This document shows positions 40,831 to 54,204 of a stretch of DNA of 64,000 nt, in pieces. The stretch is from Octopus sinensis (lineage: Eukaryota): assembly GCF_006345805.1 (NCBI RefSeq), contig NC_043006.1, forward strand, positions 47,058,001 through 47,122,000, written 5' to 3'. Numbering within the stretch: the stretch's first letter is position 1; each line of letters starts with the position of its first letter. The translations under genes and the position numbers were made by a program. The notes under the pieces are model-generated. The model saw only the letters and a list, made by a program, of their open reading frames with translations. It had not been told where the DNA came from and did no database searches.

Positions 40831-41496
40831 AATATATATGTGCGTGTATATATGTGTGTGTGTTTGCAGTTTTGGAAATTGGATGTGGAAAAACTTTTAG
40901 GACAGAAAAGGATCGAAAGATGACTCGGACCCAGATCTGCTGTAGACGTGAGAGCCGGTCTACCATTGAACTAGAGTAATATATCGAAGTTTTCCTATGA
41001 ATTTCAGAACCTCCATTCTTTCCCTAGAGAATTATCTGTTGTTGATATGATAGGAACTCATAATATATCATGAGCACGTGAAATAATTGTATTTTAAGTT
41101 TATCCTCGAAATTGCTTTATGTTTCCAAAATCCCCCACTCCCGCATTATCCATTACAATGCATCTTGGCTTAACGGCCTTCGATGATTGTCTTCGACGAT
41201 TGCTTACTCTATACATCCACCGTGTTGGTTTGGTTTGTTCGAAGCTCTAACTCTCTACAAAATTTATATGTTTAAAATTTGTGGATGCTGCTGTTTTTGT
41301 CGTTGAAAGCTCGAAATGAGGAGTAAGAAGTTGACAACTGAGGAGGGGTTAGACTTCGTTTGCTATTTTGTCCCCGTGCTTATGTCTCATTATGCGTTTT
41401 CGTATTTTTCACTCGTTTGTGGTGTCTTGTTTCTTTTTTTATATGTCTGTGTGTGTATGTATGTATGTATGTATGTATGTATGTATACTCATTCAT

Positions 41497-41894
41497 TTAC
41501 TCATTTACTTGTTTCAGTCATTTGACTGTGGCCATGCTGGAGCACCACCTTTAGTCGAGGAAATCGACCCCAGGACTTATTCTTTGTAAGCCTAGTACTT
41601 ATACTATCGGTCTCTTTTGCCAAACCGCTAAGTTACGGAGACGAAAACACACCAGCATCGGTTGACAAGCGATGTTGAGGGGTGGACAAACACAACACAC
41701 AAACATACACACACACACATATATATATATATACATATATACGACGGGCTTCTTTCAGTTTCCAAATCTACTCACAAGGCTTTGTTCGGCCCGAGGCTAT
41801 AGTAGAAGACACTTGCCCAAGGTGCAAGGCAGTGGGACTGAACTCGGAAACATGTGGTTCGTAAGCAAGCTACTTACCACACAGCCACTCCTAC
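41497..41894 (-). mobile_element. SINE family B, full length
   Basis: Reverse complement of 32451-32846. Confidence 0.92.
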
Positions 41895-42226
41895 ATATAT
41901 ATGTGTGTGTGTGTGTGTATGTGTGTGCAGAAGGTTGAGAAGGAAATCAAGAGATGATATATATAAGGAAAATCAGACAAGGTAGAACATTCTAAAATAA
42001 TTTTATCATGACGAACATTTTACTACCGGTTTCCGTTATTGCGACTTTTTCAAGCATGAAACTCAATTAAATGTAATCTTTTTAATCTATTTCCATAGTT
42101 TTCACATGCAAAGGACTTTTTGTTTTTTTTTATGCCTGTCTGTCTCTATTCTTTACTTTCGCAATGGCTGAGTAGCAGGTAGAATCAGTCCTAATGTATC
42201 TCTCTCTCTCTCTATCTATCTATCTA

Positions 42227-42271
<45 letters not shown>

Positions 42272-42982
42272 TATACACATATATGCAGCTATACAACGTA
42301 TAGAAGTGTGAAAGTATTTTAAACTGAAATATCCTTTTTGATGCCAATTCAATTTTCACTTGAGAAACGACTCGTATTCATTTATTTATTTCATAAGAAT
42401 ATTTTGTATCTTTTGTATGAAGTGTCCATTACTACGGATTGTAATGATCTATCTACTTTGGTTTATGCTTTCATAAGCATATTTTCATTTCAACTGTATT
42501 TTATCATTTTCTTGGCAGTTCGGAAGTTGATTAATCTATTTATGTCAATTGCGTAACGTATCGTAGCGGCATATAATTTCATATAGAAAATTTATTTAAA
42601 TACAATCGTCTCCAAAGAAATTATAGATAAAAAGCAGCAAAATTTTGAAAAATACAAGTAAAGAACCGGGAAACAGAACAATGACAACCAAATAAAATGC
42701 TTCATTATAACTACAATAAACCAAAATGTTTAATGAAACAAACTATATATAGTCGCAGAAATAGATTTAACTAACACAAAGCATACAGTATTAGAATTCA
42801 CTATAAGGAAAGATTATTTGAAAAGTCCTAAAACCGAAATATTCTCTTCAAAAGAATCAAGTGTAATAACGAATTGACTTTAAATAAACAATAACATCTA
42901 CGCCGTGTATTGAGTACTCGTTCTTTTAAAAACTAAAATGTTTTAAGAAATAAAACATACATCGAGATATATAGCCTAACAT

Positions 42983-43549
42983 ATCGTGAAGTATATTTCC
43001 ACCTAAATGTGGCAGACGCATAGGGGACGAGGTTACTATTGTTTATAACACAAGGAAGACATCTCCTATAGCTGGCTAACAACACACTGCCTGTGTTCCG
43101 ATTAGTATTTGCGAAAGTTAATCCTCTGAGTGAGGAGTAAATAGTAGCAGCACGGAATCGCTCAGAGATTTATTATTGCTTGATTCTCCGTTTTTGAGAT
43201 CAGCGACAGTTTGTCACTGGAAAAAGTATATGGTATTTTGCGTTTGGAAAGTATATGGTATTTTGCCCCCATAGATAGCTGGTGATTATCACACACTGAT
43301 GACGGGTTATTACACAGAAACTCAGGTCTGTGTGTATCACGTAAGACTAGAGATAGGAACGATTAGTTCCCTTCGCAAATACTAATCGGACACAAACAGC
43401 GTTTCGTTAGCCAACTGGAGGAGATGTCTTCCTGGGGCTATAAACAACAGTAGCATCATCCCCTATGGGTGCACCACATTTAGGTGGCAAATATTATTTA
43501 CGATTCCTTGCTGCTACAGTTTACTTCTCGCTCAGAGATTTATTACTGC

Positions 43550-43550
<1 letters not shown>
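42983..43550 (+). mobile_element. Retrozyme-like element: ~370-bp terminally redundant monomer (43159-43550) preceded by two inverted partial copies (42983-43160)
   Basis: Direct repeat cgctcagagatttatta(t/c)tgct at 43159-43180 and 43529-43550; 42983-43115 is the imperfect reverse complement of 43372-43504; 43120-43160 is the reverse complement of 43501-43540; contains a type I HHR; ends in (TA)n. Confidence 0.75.
43282..43340 (+). ncRNA. Type I hammerhead ribozyme motif
   Basis: GUGAU-uau-CACACA-CUGAUGA-CGGGU(uauu)ACACA-GAAA-C(ucag)G-UC-UGUGUG-u-AUCAC: stem I CACACA/UGUGUG plus GUGAU/AUCAC beyond an internal loop, full core, GUC site at 43326-43328; stem II has two mismatches. Confidence 0.8.
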
Positions 43551-43581
<31 letters not shown>

Positions 43582-43855
43582 TTCTTTTCAATTCTTGGCG
43601 GTAACAAGCTGCATGTGTGTGTGTGTGTGGGGGGCTGCTTCAAGGGACACATCGAACAAATTGTCAGTAGGGAATATTTAGATATTTGGTAGTTATTCTT
43701 TCTTCAAAACACGCGAATGGCTTCCGTACAGTTTCCATCATCTACATTGACTCGCAGGGCATAGGTTTTTCCTGGGGTTACTGCCCAATTTGCCACGCAA
43801 TGGAACTGAACCTGAAATCACAAGGTTTCTTACCAGAATGCCATGCCTGCTACAT

Positions 43856-43908
<53 letters not shown>

Positions 43909-45399
43909 ATATATGTGTGTGTGTGGTGTGTGTGTGTGTGTATATATACATATATGTCAGTATATATATATAATTATATACTCATGTTTGTATACATAGT
44001 CATGTGATTATGTGCCTATCATGCACGCTGCAATATATTGCATTTGATTTTTTTAACTTGAAATTTGAAGAAAAAATAAGATAAATCCTAGCACAGATAA
44101 GATATATTATTGTATTCTTCACTAATGCAATTTTTCTTCCATATTAAACAGTTTAGAACAATTAGAACGAAATGAAAATGTTACATATAAAATATCTGAC
44201 TCCAATATTTCCTATTTTTCTATTTCTGCAACATTTGATGTTATTGTTGTCACGCACAAAGATTAAAAAAAATATTCATCTCTACTTAAAAGAACAAGAG
44301 GCTTTGCGCCAATACATGTTTGCACGAAGAACTGATACACTAAAACACGTATGCACACACGTTGTTGTATATATATATACATATATGTACACTTTGTTGC
44401 ACATATATACATATATGTGTGTGTGTGTGTGTGTGTGATGTATTTACGTATGTATATATGTAGTGAGAAAGAAGCAGATTTTTATATATGTGTATGTGAT
44501 TGTGTATGTGTGTATGTGTCTGTGTGCGTGTGTGTTATTATTTTCCTTCTTCCGTGACCTAAACCGTTTGATTTGGTTTAGATTTTCAAAAGAATCCACA
44601 ACGCTGCTACTTTTTACAAAATATTTTTTCCTGTACAAGTTAGCTATGAATAATATTTTAAGTATAACACACAAACGTACATATAACTAAAGGTATTTTT
44701 TTAATGTAATAAACTATGCAGAAAAAATAATCCTGAAGGCACCTGCATATAATGTATTGTGCTTACGTCAGTTCACGTAACTTAGATATCCATTCACTTA
44801 GATTAAATTTGAAAACATACATAGATATGTCTTACATCTATGTATACAATAGTTAGGAACACATGTTTTATATTAATATCATAGCGTGATATACTCAGAG
44901 ATAAGGCCAAGATCTCATGTTTTATATTAATATTATCGTGTGATATAATTTGATATGGGTCTACAGGACAATTCCATTCAGATTTAATATTTCATATTTG
45001 CTGTAGGCATTTATTCTCGACATTCGAAAAGTATATACAAATAAATATTGGTTGAATTCCGGTTCCAATATAATGACATATGTGCTCCATAATTTATTTA
45101 TGTTTCCTACTAGACAGAGAAGAAAGAAAGGAAAAACTGAACACTTTCATGTTTTATGTTCCTTCGATCCTTATTTCATTACTGATGTTGTTATTGTTAT
45201 TGTTATTGTTCTGATTGTTTGAATATGTAAGCAAAAAGGTTAAAGTCGTGATGGTGTGTATTTGTTTGCTATAGTGTATCTGCCACTACGTCATCGAATC
45301 TGTCCTTCATTTTGACAGATTGAAAAACTTGAAAGGTATTTACAATTTCTAATTGAACCGGTGCTGCGTGATTTGTTTTGTGAGTAGCGAGAAATACTT

Positions 45400-45591
45400 G
45401 TTTCAAATTTTGGCACAAGTCCAGGAGGAGGTAAGTCATTTACATCAACCCAAGTGTTCAGCTGGTACTCGTTTTATTGACTTCGAAAGGGCGAAAGGCA
45501 AAGTCGACACCAATGGCATTTGAACTCAGAATATAACGTCGAGAGAAAGACTTCTAAGCAGTTTATCGGCGCGATAATGATTTTGCAAGCT
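45400..45591 (-). mobile_element. Decayed SINE family A
   Basis: gaaaggcaaagtcgac..atttgaactcagaa. Confidence 0.75.
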
Positions 45592-45640
45592 GAAAACATT
45601 CAAATATAATATTAATAATATTACAAGATATTTGTAAATA

Positions 45641-45857
45641 CAGTTCTATATTTAAGAGATGAGGAATTATTTACGTTATATTTATTATTTACATTTGACA
45701 GATATTTGTCCTCATCTTTGTTGTTAAAACAACATTTCGGGTTCGCGAAAATTCGAACCTGGGTTCTCATTTCTAAGGTATATTTCGGGCATATGGCGTA
45801 GTGTTTAAAAGTGGGGGCTACTAACCCCAAAATTCCGAGTTCGATTCCAGGCAGTGA

Positions 45858-45947
<90 letters not shown>

Positions 45948-46017
45948 CAACAACAACAACATAGAAAAATCCCTTAGGACTGAGAACCCAGGTTCGAAAT
46001 TTCCCCGAGACACCTGA
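45641..46017 (+). mobile_element. tRNA-head/(AAT)n/HHR element, copy 3, with inverted tail copy at its 5' end
   Basis: Inverted tail 45641-45787; head about 45790-45861; (AAT)n(AAC)n; direct tail truncated inside the HHR at gacacctga. Confidence 0.85.
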
Positions 46018-46451
46018 ATGGGTGTTCGTCATCTTGATGCCTTCAAAGAAATCCAGGTGATAATTGAGGAGCAGGTATTGGTTATGTTTGAAAATGGGTG
46101 ATGAAACATGGTTTGAGAGTTATTGATCTAGAAATTAACTTATGACCGAATGCTAGTCAATTGATCCAGGACATGGGATCTGACATCAGTGGGTAGGGAC
46201 TTGTGCGTTTTAAAATCGACGAGATGATCTCGAAACGGTGCACACTCCATATATCTACTGGGTTCCGGGATGCAGTGGTTTTCCTTGATTACGCTAGCAT
46301 GCAGAATTCTCTCCATATAGATACACATATGTGTATATGAATGGAAAAATAAATATATAATTTCCATCATTGCAAACTTAAACTTTAAAGGAACAAATAT
46401 CTTATTTATATTTTTTACATTTGATAGATATTTGTCATCTTGTTTGTTGTT

Positions 46452-46497
46452 AACACAACGTTTCGGTTGATATATCCTCCAGCCTTCATCAGGTGTC
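46452..46497 (-). ncRNA. Minimal hammerhead ribozyme motif
   Basis: GACAC-CUGAUGA-A-GGCUG..CAACC-GAAA-CG-UU-GUGUU; one stem II mismatch. Confidence 0.7.
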
Positions 46498-46574
46498 TTG
46501 GGGAAATTTCGAACCTGGGTTTTCAATCCTAAAGGTAGTTTTCGATGTTATCATCATCATCATCATTATTATTA

Positions 46575-46669
<95 letters not shown>

Positions 46670-46743
46670 CAGTTACTGCCTGGAATCGAACTGGGGGCGA
46701 AAAATAGCTTAGGAATGAAAACTCAGGTTCGAATTTTACCGAA

Positions 46744-46789
46744 GACACCTGATGAAGGCTGGAGGGTATAACAGCCGAAACGTTGTGTT
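46744..46789 (+). ncRNA. Minimal hammerhead ribozyme motif, intact
   Basis: GACAC-CUGAUGA-A-GGCUG(gaggguauaa)CAGCC-GAAA-CG-UU-GUGUU: stem I GACAC/GUGUU, stem II 5 bp, stem III replaced by the palindrome AACGUU, as in dimer-cleaving PLE HHR variants. Confidence 0.8.
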
Positions 46790-49700
46790 AACAACAGACA
46801 AGATGAGGACAAATATCCGTCAAATGTAAATAATGTAAATAATGTACACAATTCTTCATCTCTTACATATGGATCTATAATAGAAATCGAACTTGAAAAG
46901 TAATTTTAAAATGAATATGCTGTTGAAGATATGTTAATATACAGAGAGGCAACCGATAAAACAATAAAAGATTAATGTCAAGATCTCAACTAAGATCCGC
47001 TGTGCACTTCCCATTCACCAAGAGTCTGAAAAATATGAGACATGCTTGTAATGAGAAAGATGTTCTCTTTAGGCTATGAAACTTGTTATGAAATAATTAA
47101 TTGACATGTATATGTATTTATCTCACACAAAAATATTGTTGACCATTTTGTTAAATACGAAAGAATTCTTTGAACATACTTCTTTTTAACATTTTCATAG
47201 CATCAATGTCTGAGATATGTAAACATGGGCAATTTTTATTTCAGTTTCTTTTTCTCTACTGCAGATACAGCCTTAAATGTGTATAATAGGTCACAATAAA
47301 AAGGTGTTTAATTGTCGAAAGTAGTGTGGCTATGGATACCAGCAAAGATATAAACGCATAAGCACCTGACAAACATAGTCATGCTAGTAGCTGATACAGT
47401 TCACTGGTACCGCACACCATAATTGGATGAAGTGATGCTAAGTTGCCGCGCTTTGTGATCGCGATCAGAAGTACTTGAATTCGAAGTGAAATTATAACCG
47501 CATACAAAGTATACTACATACTAAAAATAGAAACGTTAAAGATATGACGCAACAGATACACATCTATAAGGCAGTCGATAAATCTGTGATGTAATTCTTT
47601 GAGTGACGTGCCATATTATTTTATTGAACCTATTTAACAAATAACTAAAGTCCCAAAACGTTTGGAATAAAAGAGCATTTCAAAGAGAACTTTATTGCAG
47701 TTAAGCTATATGATATAACCAGATTAGTTGTATGATCACCGCCGAGCAATTTATATATTATAGACTAGCGAATTGAATTTATCAAAAGAAAAATACTGTC
47801 AAAAATATCTCTAGCAGATAAAAAAGAAATGTGTTTTATTTAAGCCTTAACATAGGTCATAGAGTTTCTTTGCAGTGCCAGTATATATATGACAAGGAAT
47901 ATAATACGCGAGCAAAGGTATGTTACTGTTGTACGCACGTCAATCTTATTATTTATCAAACACACCACAAAAATACTCCAGATATAATCTGTTGGTTTGA
48001 CATAATGTATATATCTTGTGCCAGAATGAAGAATATCGTTTTTTTTATGGTAACATTAAAAGCATAAATATTTCTAATCTCTCTAGTGGGATATAAATAT
48101 ATTGATTCAAACCATATGACATTAAGAATACTGTTGGTTCATTGGTTCAGTGTGTCATATGGTGTCACATGCTGGCTAACAATGATTATTGATTCTTCTT
48201 TGTGCATTGGAAGTTACATAATTCGTACATTGCTTCACTAAATATACTAACATGAAAATGTTAGGAAATAAATTAGTTTGATTTACATAAACTTATGAGA
48301 TAAATCAGTGCATGTGTTGGATTAGGAAAGTTGTTTTACTTTGATCACAGGTGTAGGGTCAAAACTAATGGCATTTGAGTGGAATGCCAGAAAAAAAGCG
48401 CATTCAAACCAAATCTCCACTGAGACCGAAGCACATTCATCTACAGCCGTGTTTCTCGCTATATCAGTCAGCATTGATTTCTAGTTTTCGATCTAAGCTA
48501 GAAATTTATCTGTCGGGTAAGATGAAATTTGAATATCAAAACATAACTGACATGTAGTTGTGACTATGTATGTATGTATGTATCTATCCATCTGCCTATC
48601 TGTCTGTCTGCCTGTCTGTCTGTCTGTCTCTGTCTGTTTATCTACTTTTCTGCATACATACACACTCACATACACGTATACATGCATGCATGCTTACATA
48701 CATACATCCATACATACATATATACATACATATATACATACATATATAAATGCATGCATACATACATGCATATATACATACATATACATATATATATATA
48801 TATACATATATACATACGTGCATATATACATACATACATGCATACATACACACATTTAAATAACGTCACTTGACTTATAATCGAATATATCTTGTTTGCA
48901 AAAAAATATTTATAAAGAAACTGGTACAGATATAGTCATATGCTAAGCAGAAATCAGTTGGCAGATCTGTTATAACGGATAGGGAGTCTTACATTTTCAC
49001 TCTGAAAAGACTTGAAATCTCATAAAAAGTCATTGTGGGGCCGTTTAGGAACTCAGTGAAATGTTCATGCAGGAGTTTATAATAGCGTTGTGAATCTGCG
49101 ATCTACTTTTGTCTTTCAATAGATGCATTTAAAATATTCTAGAGGCCTTTATCTAGAATGAATAGTAGCCTTGATATTGATGAATTTAGCAAGGGGCTAA
49201 ATTTCCTGTATATTCTGCTTGTACCAGCATTCAATTAGGGCTTTAACTTGCTGTATATTGCATCCATTTAGAACGGCTTTATACTACATTCGTTTTTCAA
49301 TTAACAGTAGTCGCTTCTTCGCAAAATATTTTTATGAAATACATTTTAATGTTTGTGGTTGAGAGATACGCACCTACCTCTAGTGGTTTGAAATATGGTT
49401 AATCAAGCTGCACGAAGAACAAGTTGAACTTTATAATTTTTCTTTGAATTCGCTGCCAACAGGAATGAGTGTGTGTGGCGGTGTGATGAAATTCTGATAT
49501 TTTTTATGAGTAGGAGGGAGTACACACACGCGCGCGCAAATATACAGTATAACGAATGGTTTATCAAACATATCCAGAAACTGAACTGTGAAAAAACGCG
49601 CTGAAAGAGAATTATAAATAAACTCCGGCAGTATTTTAACAATGAAATCAAAGCCATAGCTTAATATTAATTTTAATTGATTTTAATTGCATTATATTGA

Positions 49701-51379
49701 TGTTTAAAGATGCTTTATGTATGTTAGATATGTTGATAGACATATGCTGCTATTTCCAGAAGATTTTTTGAAATCTCATTTCAGTAACCAATTTTATAGA
49801 GACCAATATAGAGACCAATTTCCAGTAACCACTTTATAGAGAAATGTTTCAAAAATTTGTAGTGCTTAATATTATAGCAATATACACCAAAACTGAATAG
49901 AACGAATTATATATGCATTGAATGGGTGTCATGACATTCCATGGTGTAATTCTTGTAGCAGGCGCTATAAGATAATGTCAATCACCGAACAATTACAAAG
50001 CCGCAGCAATGTCCATGTTCATCTAATATATATAGGTCTATGATTGGCACTAAGATTATAACTCGTAGAAGAACAAGTCAGAAACATGTTCGGAGGTGAT
50101 AGCAGACCAGTAAAATCTGACTCCTTTCCGAAAGATTTGTGTTCTTAGATTAGTTAAAATACATTTGTGACGTATTTCAACTTCTAGAATCAAATTTTCA
50201 GCAGTTACCGCGGAGAAAAAAATTGTCTGATATGGTAAAAGATGTAAAAACGACATATTTGCCCAGTGTTGCCCTAAGTTGTATTCCTATACGTTGTGTT
50301 TCTATCTCTTTAACCTTCCTCCATTACAATAAATTTTAGTGTTGTTCACCGTGCTTTCTTGACCCGAGATATAAATGAAACTAATAATTTTAGCTCCTCA
50401 GTACGACAGTAAAATTTCCAAAAGTTCCTTGGGTTACTGTATTCAGTACGTTAATAAAACTACAATGATATCCTTGCATCATTTTACAAACAAAAGCAAG
50501 AAAATGCATTCCATTAATATATCATAGTATTCTCTCTACCACTGGTAAACAAATTAAGACCCTATAATAAGACTAGTTTTCAAATTTATAGAAATACGAT
50601 TCTGCAGATTTGAAGCTGGAAATTTTGCGAAATAATCAAAATTTTCATTTCCAGTTATTAAAACAAATACTCCTGTTGCTTTTAATATATTTGATATATT
50701 AGAGATGAAATTCTAGATGTAAATAAATAATTCATTTCCAGTGTTTAGTATTTTATTAAATATTTTTCTAATAAAACAGATTTTATTGCCTTAAGATAGT
50801 TTTGAAATATATTGAAACAGTGAAAGCAGTTTCAAGAGTTTATCTATGATTTCAAGATATAAATATTGTAATTTGCGAAAATCGTTTAATAGTCTCTATC
50901 TTATTGCTTTTAAATTTCAATATAAAAGCCCTTTTTGAACAAATAGAAGTTGGAGGGTATATTCGAATAAGAGCTGAACAAGCATTCTTACATACTCAAT
51001 TGTATACTCCAATAATATGGATACAGGTTTATATACTCTACACGAACACCTACGAACACATACGGACACGCAAACACATACACACAATCATACGCACATA
51101 CACACACACGTATATGCAAGCATATATATCGTTAAGTGCTAACTAGGTTTTATCGGCGATAGCATTAGGGAAAAATAATTATATTTCATGACAAAACTTT
51201 TCTATATAAGCAAATTTAGATCAAAATGTGCATATTCAGATACACAGGAAATCCGCAATACATACAGAGAATATTGGAAATGAACATTCACCTATAACAT
51301 TATTGCATACAATTGGATAGTATTTGTAATTCTGTAACAAATGTTTCTATTTAGATGGTCAGCTCCTTTCTAATAATTG

Positions 51380-51438
51380 ACTATACATACATACATCATA
51401 CATACATGCATACATACATACATACGTACATACATACA

Positions 51439-51471
<33 letters not shown>

Positions 51472-51503
51472 TTATATATATATATATGTATATATATATA
51501 TAA

Positions 51504-51540
<37 letters not shown>

Positions 51541-51721
51541 TGTGTTGTTGCGAGAACATTCTGCATCGATGGACACAAATGCAGAAACATATCTGTATAT
51601 ATGCGTGTGTCTATAATATACATATATATGTGAGTGTATTCGTGAAGGTGATATATATTGCAAAAGGGAGATCGATGAATACACAGACATATAGATAAAT
51701 ATACATTCATACATATATATA

Positions 51722-51773
<52 letters not shown>

Positions 51774-51870
51774 TAGATAGAGAGAGATAGAGAGATAGAG
51801 AGATACATACATACATACATACATACATACATACATACATACATACATACATACATACATACATACATAC
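51380..51870. repeat. (TACA)n, (TA)n and (GA)n microsatellite cluster
   Basis: Directly visible. Confidence 0.9.
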
Positions 51871-52644
51871 ACAAACATATTAATACATAGGTTAATATAA
51901 CCAAAAACACATTCGTCTGTTTCTGTTTGGATGTAAGTATAATTTTACATTCGTACACAACACTTTGTGAATCCTTCTGCCCTTCTAGACATGATCGAGG
52001 AATGTTCGCTCTGAGAAAGAAAAATATTCTAATAAGATTAAAGTATTAAAGAATTAGAAAATATTAGAAATTTAATTTAACCGATATTGCATAGAAGGGA
52101 ATAAATGCAAGGAATTATTATGAAATTGTTTTCATATAAAAAAAAATCAGTGTAAACACGTACGCGTATAAATCAAATGTTAAAGTATGATATGTATACA
52201 CACAAGCACACACACACATATATACACACATACAGACCCACATATACACACACACGTAAATATGTAGATGGATAAAGATATATTAAAGTATATACAATAT
52301 TAAGATATATACAATATGCTTGTGTTTGTGTGGGTCTTGTGTGCGTGTGTGTGTAAACGTATACGGATTTGTATATTATAAAGATGTGAGTATGCGTATA
52401 TTTCTGCAAACACACAAGCCCACGCAGTCAACCATCTACATGTATGCATGTATGTGTGTATTTATGTATTTATCTATCTATCTATCTACCTATCTATCGA
52501 TTTATCTATATGTCTCCATATGTATAGGCAGTCTGTGTAAACCTGAAGATGTATTGTGACTCAAGAATCCTAAAATGAATGCTGCAGCAATAGAGGGCTG
52601 ATATACATAATTATATATATATACATACATACATAAAAATATAT

Positions 52645-52909
52645 TGTTTTATTCTTTTATCTTTTTCAGTCATTTGACTGCGGCCATGCTGGTGCACCGC
52701 ATTTTAGTAAAAAGTATCGACCACAGGACTTATATTTTGTAAGCCTGGTCCTTACAAAGTCTGGTACTTATTCTATCGGTCTTTTGCCGAATCGCTAAAT
52801 TACGGGGGCGTAAACACATCAACGCCAGTTGTCAAGCGACGGTGGTGGAGACAAATGCATGCACACACACACACACACATATATAGATATATATATTTAT
52901 ATATATATA

Positions 52910-52970
<61 letters not shown>

Positions 52971-53225
52971 GTATATATGTATATATAGATACATATATGA
53001 GCGTCAAACTAATACATCTGCTTGTTGTTCCTACATCTGTCTTCGCCTTTTGTTTTTCCGTAAATTTCAACTAATATATATATATATATTCTGTCTATCA
53101 AATTCAGTCACAAGGCTTTGGTCTGCCCCTGGCTATAGCAGAAGACAACGGCGCAAGATGACATGCAGTGAGACTGAACTCTGACCCTATGCTTGAGAGG
53201 CAAGCTTCTTACCACACAGTCACAC
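52645..53225 (-). mobile_element. SINE family B with expanded internal (TA)n spacer
   Basis: 3' half at 52645-52855; decayed 5' half at about 53040-53225 (..cttcttaccacacagtcac). Confidence 0.8.
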
Positions 53226-53289
53226 TTATACGCACAGACACAAACACGCATACACACACATACATAAAAAGAGTGTGAGAATATGGTAG

Positions 53290-53343
53290 ACTGATAGATA
53301 AGTAGATAGATTGATAGTTAGACTGACTGATAGACATACAGAC

Positions 53344-53421
<78 letters not shown>

Positions 53422-53443
53422 ATAGACAGATAGATAGATAGAT
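53290..53443. repeat. (TAGA)n microsatellite
   Basis: Directly visible. Confidence 0.95.
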
Positions 53444-54114
53444 ATTTTTGAGCTTGATACGTACATATACTTAGCTACATACATACACTATACCTGCATA
53501 CATATACATACATACATATACATAACTACATATATATACAAATGTTAATATATACATGGGTATATGTATAGAAAATCAAACACCGAAAAAATTCAGGAGT
53601 GAACACTTTTGTATAAATATATAGGTTTTCAAATATTTATATGTGTATATCATTTTTATTATCAGCATCAACAATGCCTTCATCTTTTGTGGAAATTGGT
53701 CCTTGGAAACCTCTAAATAACTATTATGAAATATATCAATATAATATAAAAATAACATACATTGAAATCACATATTGATACTAAAGGAAAATCATTGTTG
53801 TGTTTGTACATTTATGTAACTCAGAATTTAATAACATTCGTAATACAATAAACAAATTATCAAACCAGGCGTACGTGTTATATTGTATTTCTTAGGAACA
53901 CGGAAAAAAAATGTTAACGATCAAAATGTAAGATGGAATCAGGCAGGGAAAAGCTCTCAACAATCATAAAATTACATCATCTCCTATGTATATTTTGGTT
54001 CTGTGGGACTAACTTGAAGCATGTTAGGCTCTCATCATTCCTTCTAGTTTAAGCACGGCCATAGCGACTGAGGCCCTGTTATTACATTTATTTTGTCATT
54101 CAACAATTGCTATA

Positions 54115-54181
<67 letters not shown>

Positions 54182-54204
54182 TTATATATATATATATATA
54201 CGTC

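Larger units (their letters stand above)
46403..46875 (-). mobile_element. tRNA-head/(AAT)n/HHR element, copy 4 (minus strand), with inverted tail copy at 46698-46875
   Basis: Tail 46403-46547, (ATT)n, truncated head 46667-46697 (ggaatcgaact), then the tail again in opposite orientation running to ..catctcttacatat. Confidence 0.88.

Noticed and set aside
42021-42056. HHR on the minus strand (UGC-UUGAAAA..GAAACCGGUA-GUA)
   Set aside because: The 3' half fits, but the CUGANGA box and stem II are too degenerate to call; kept only as a weak trace.
46021-46320. Unique-looking segment between tRNA-HHR copies 3 and 4
   Set aside because: The minus-strand frame has no recognisable motif; origin undetermined.
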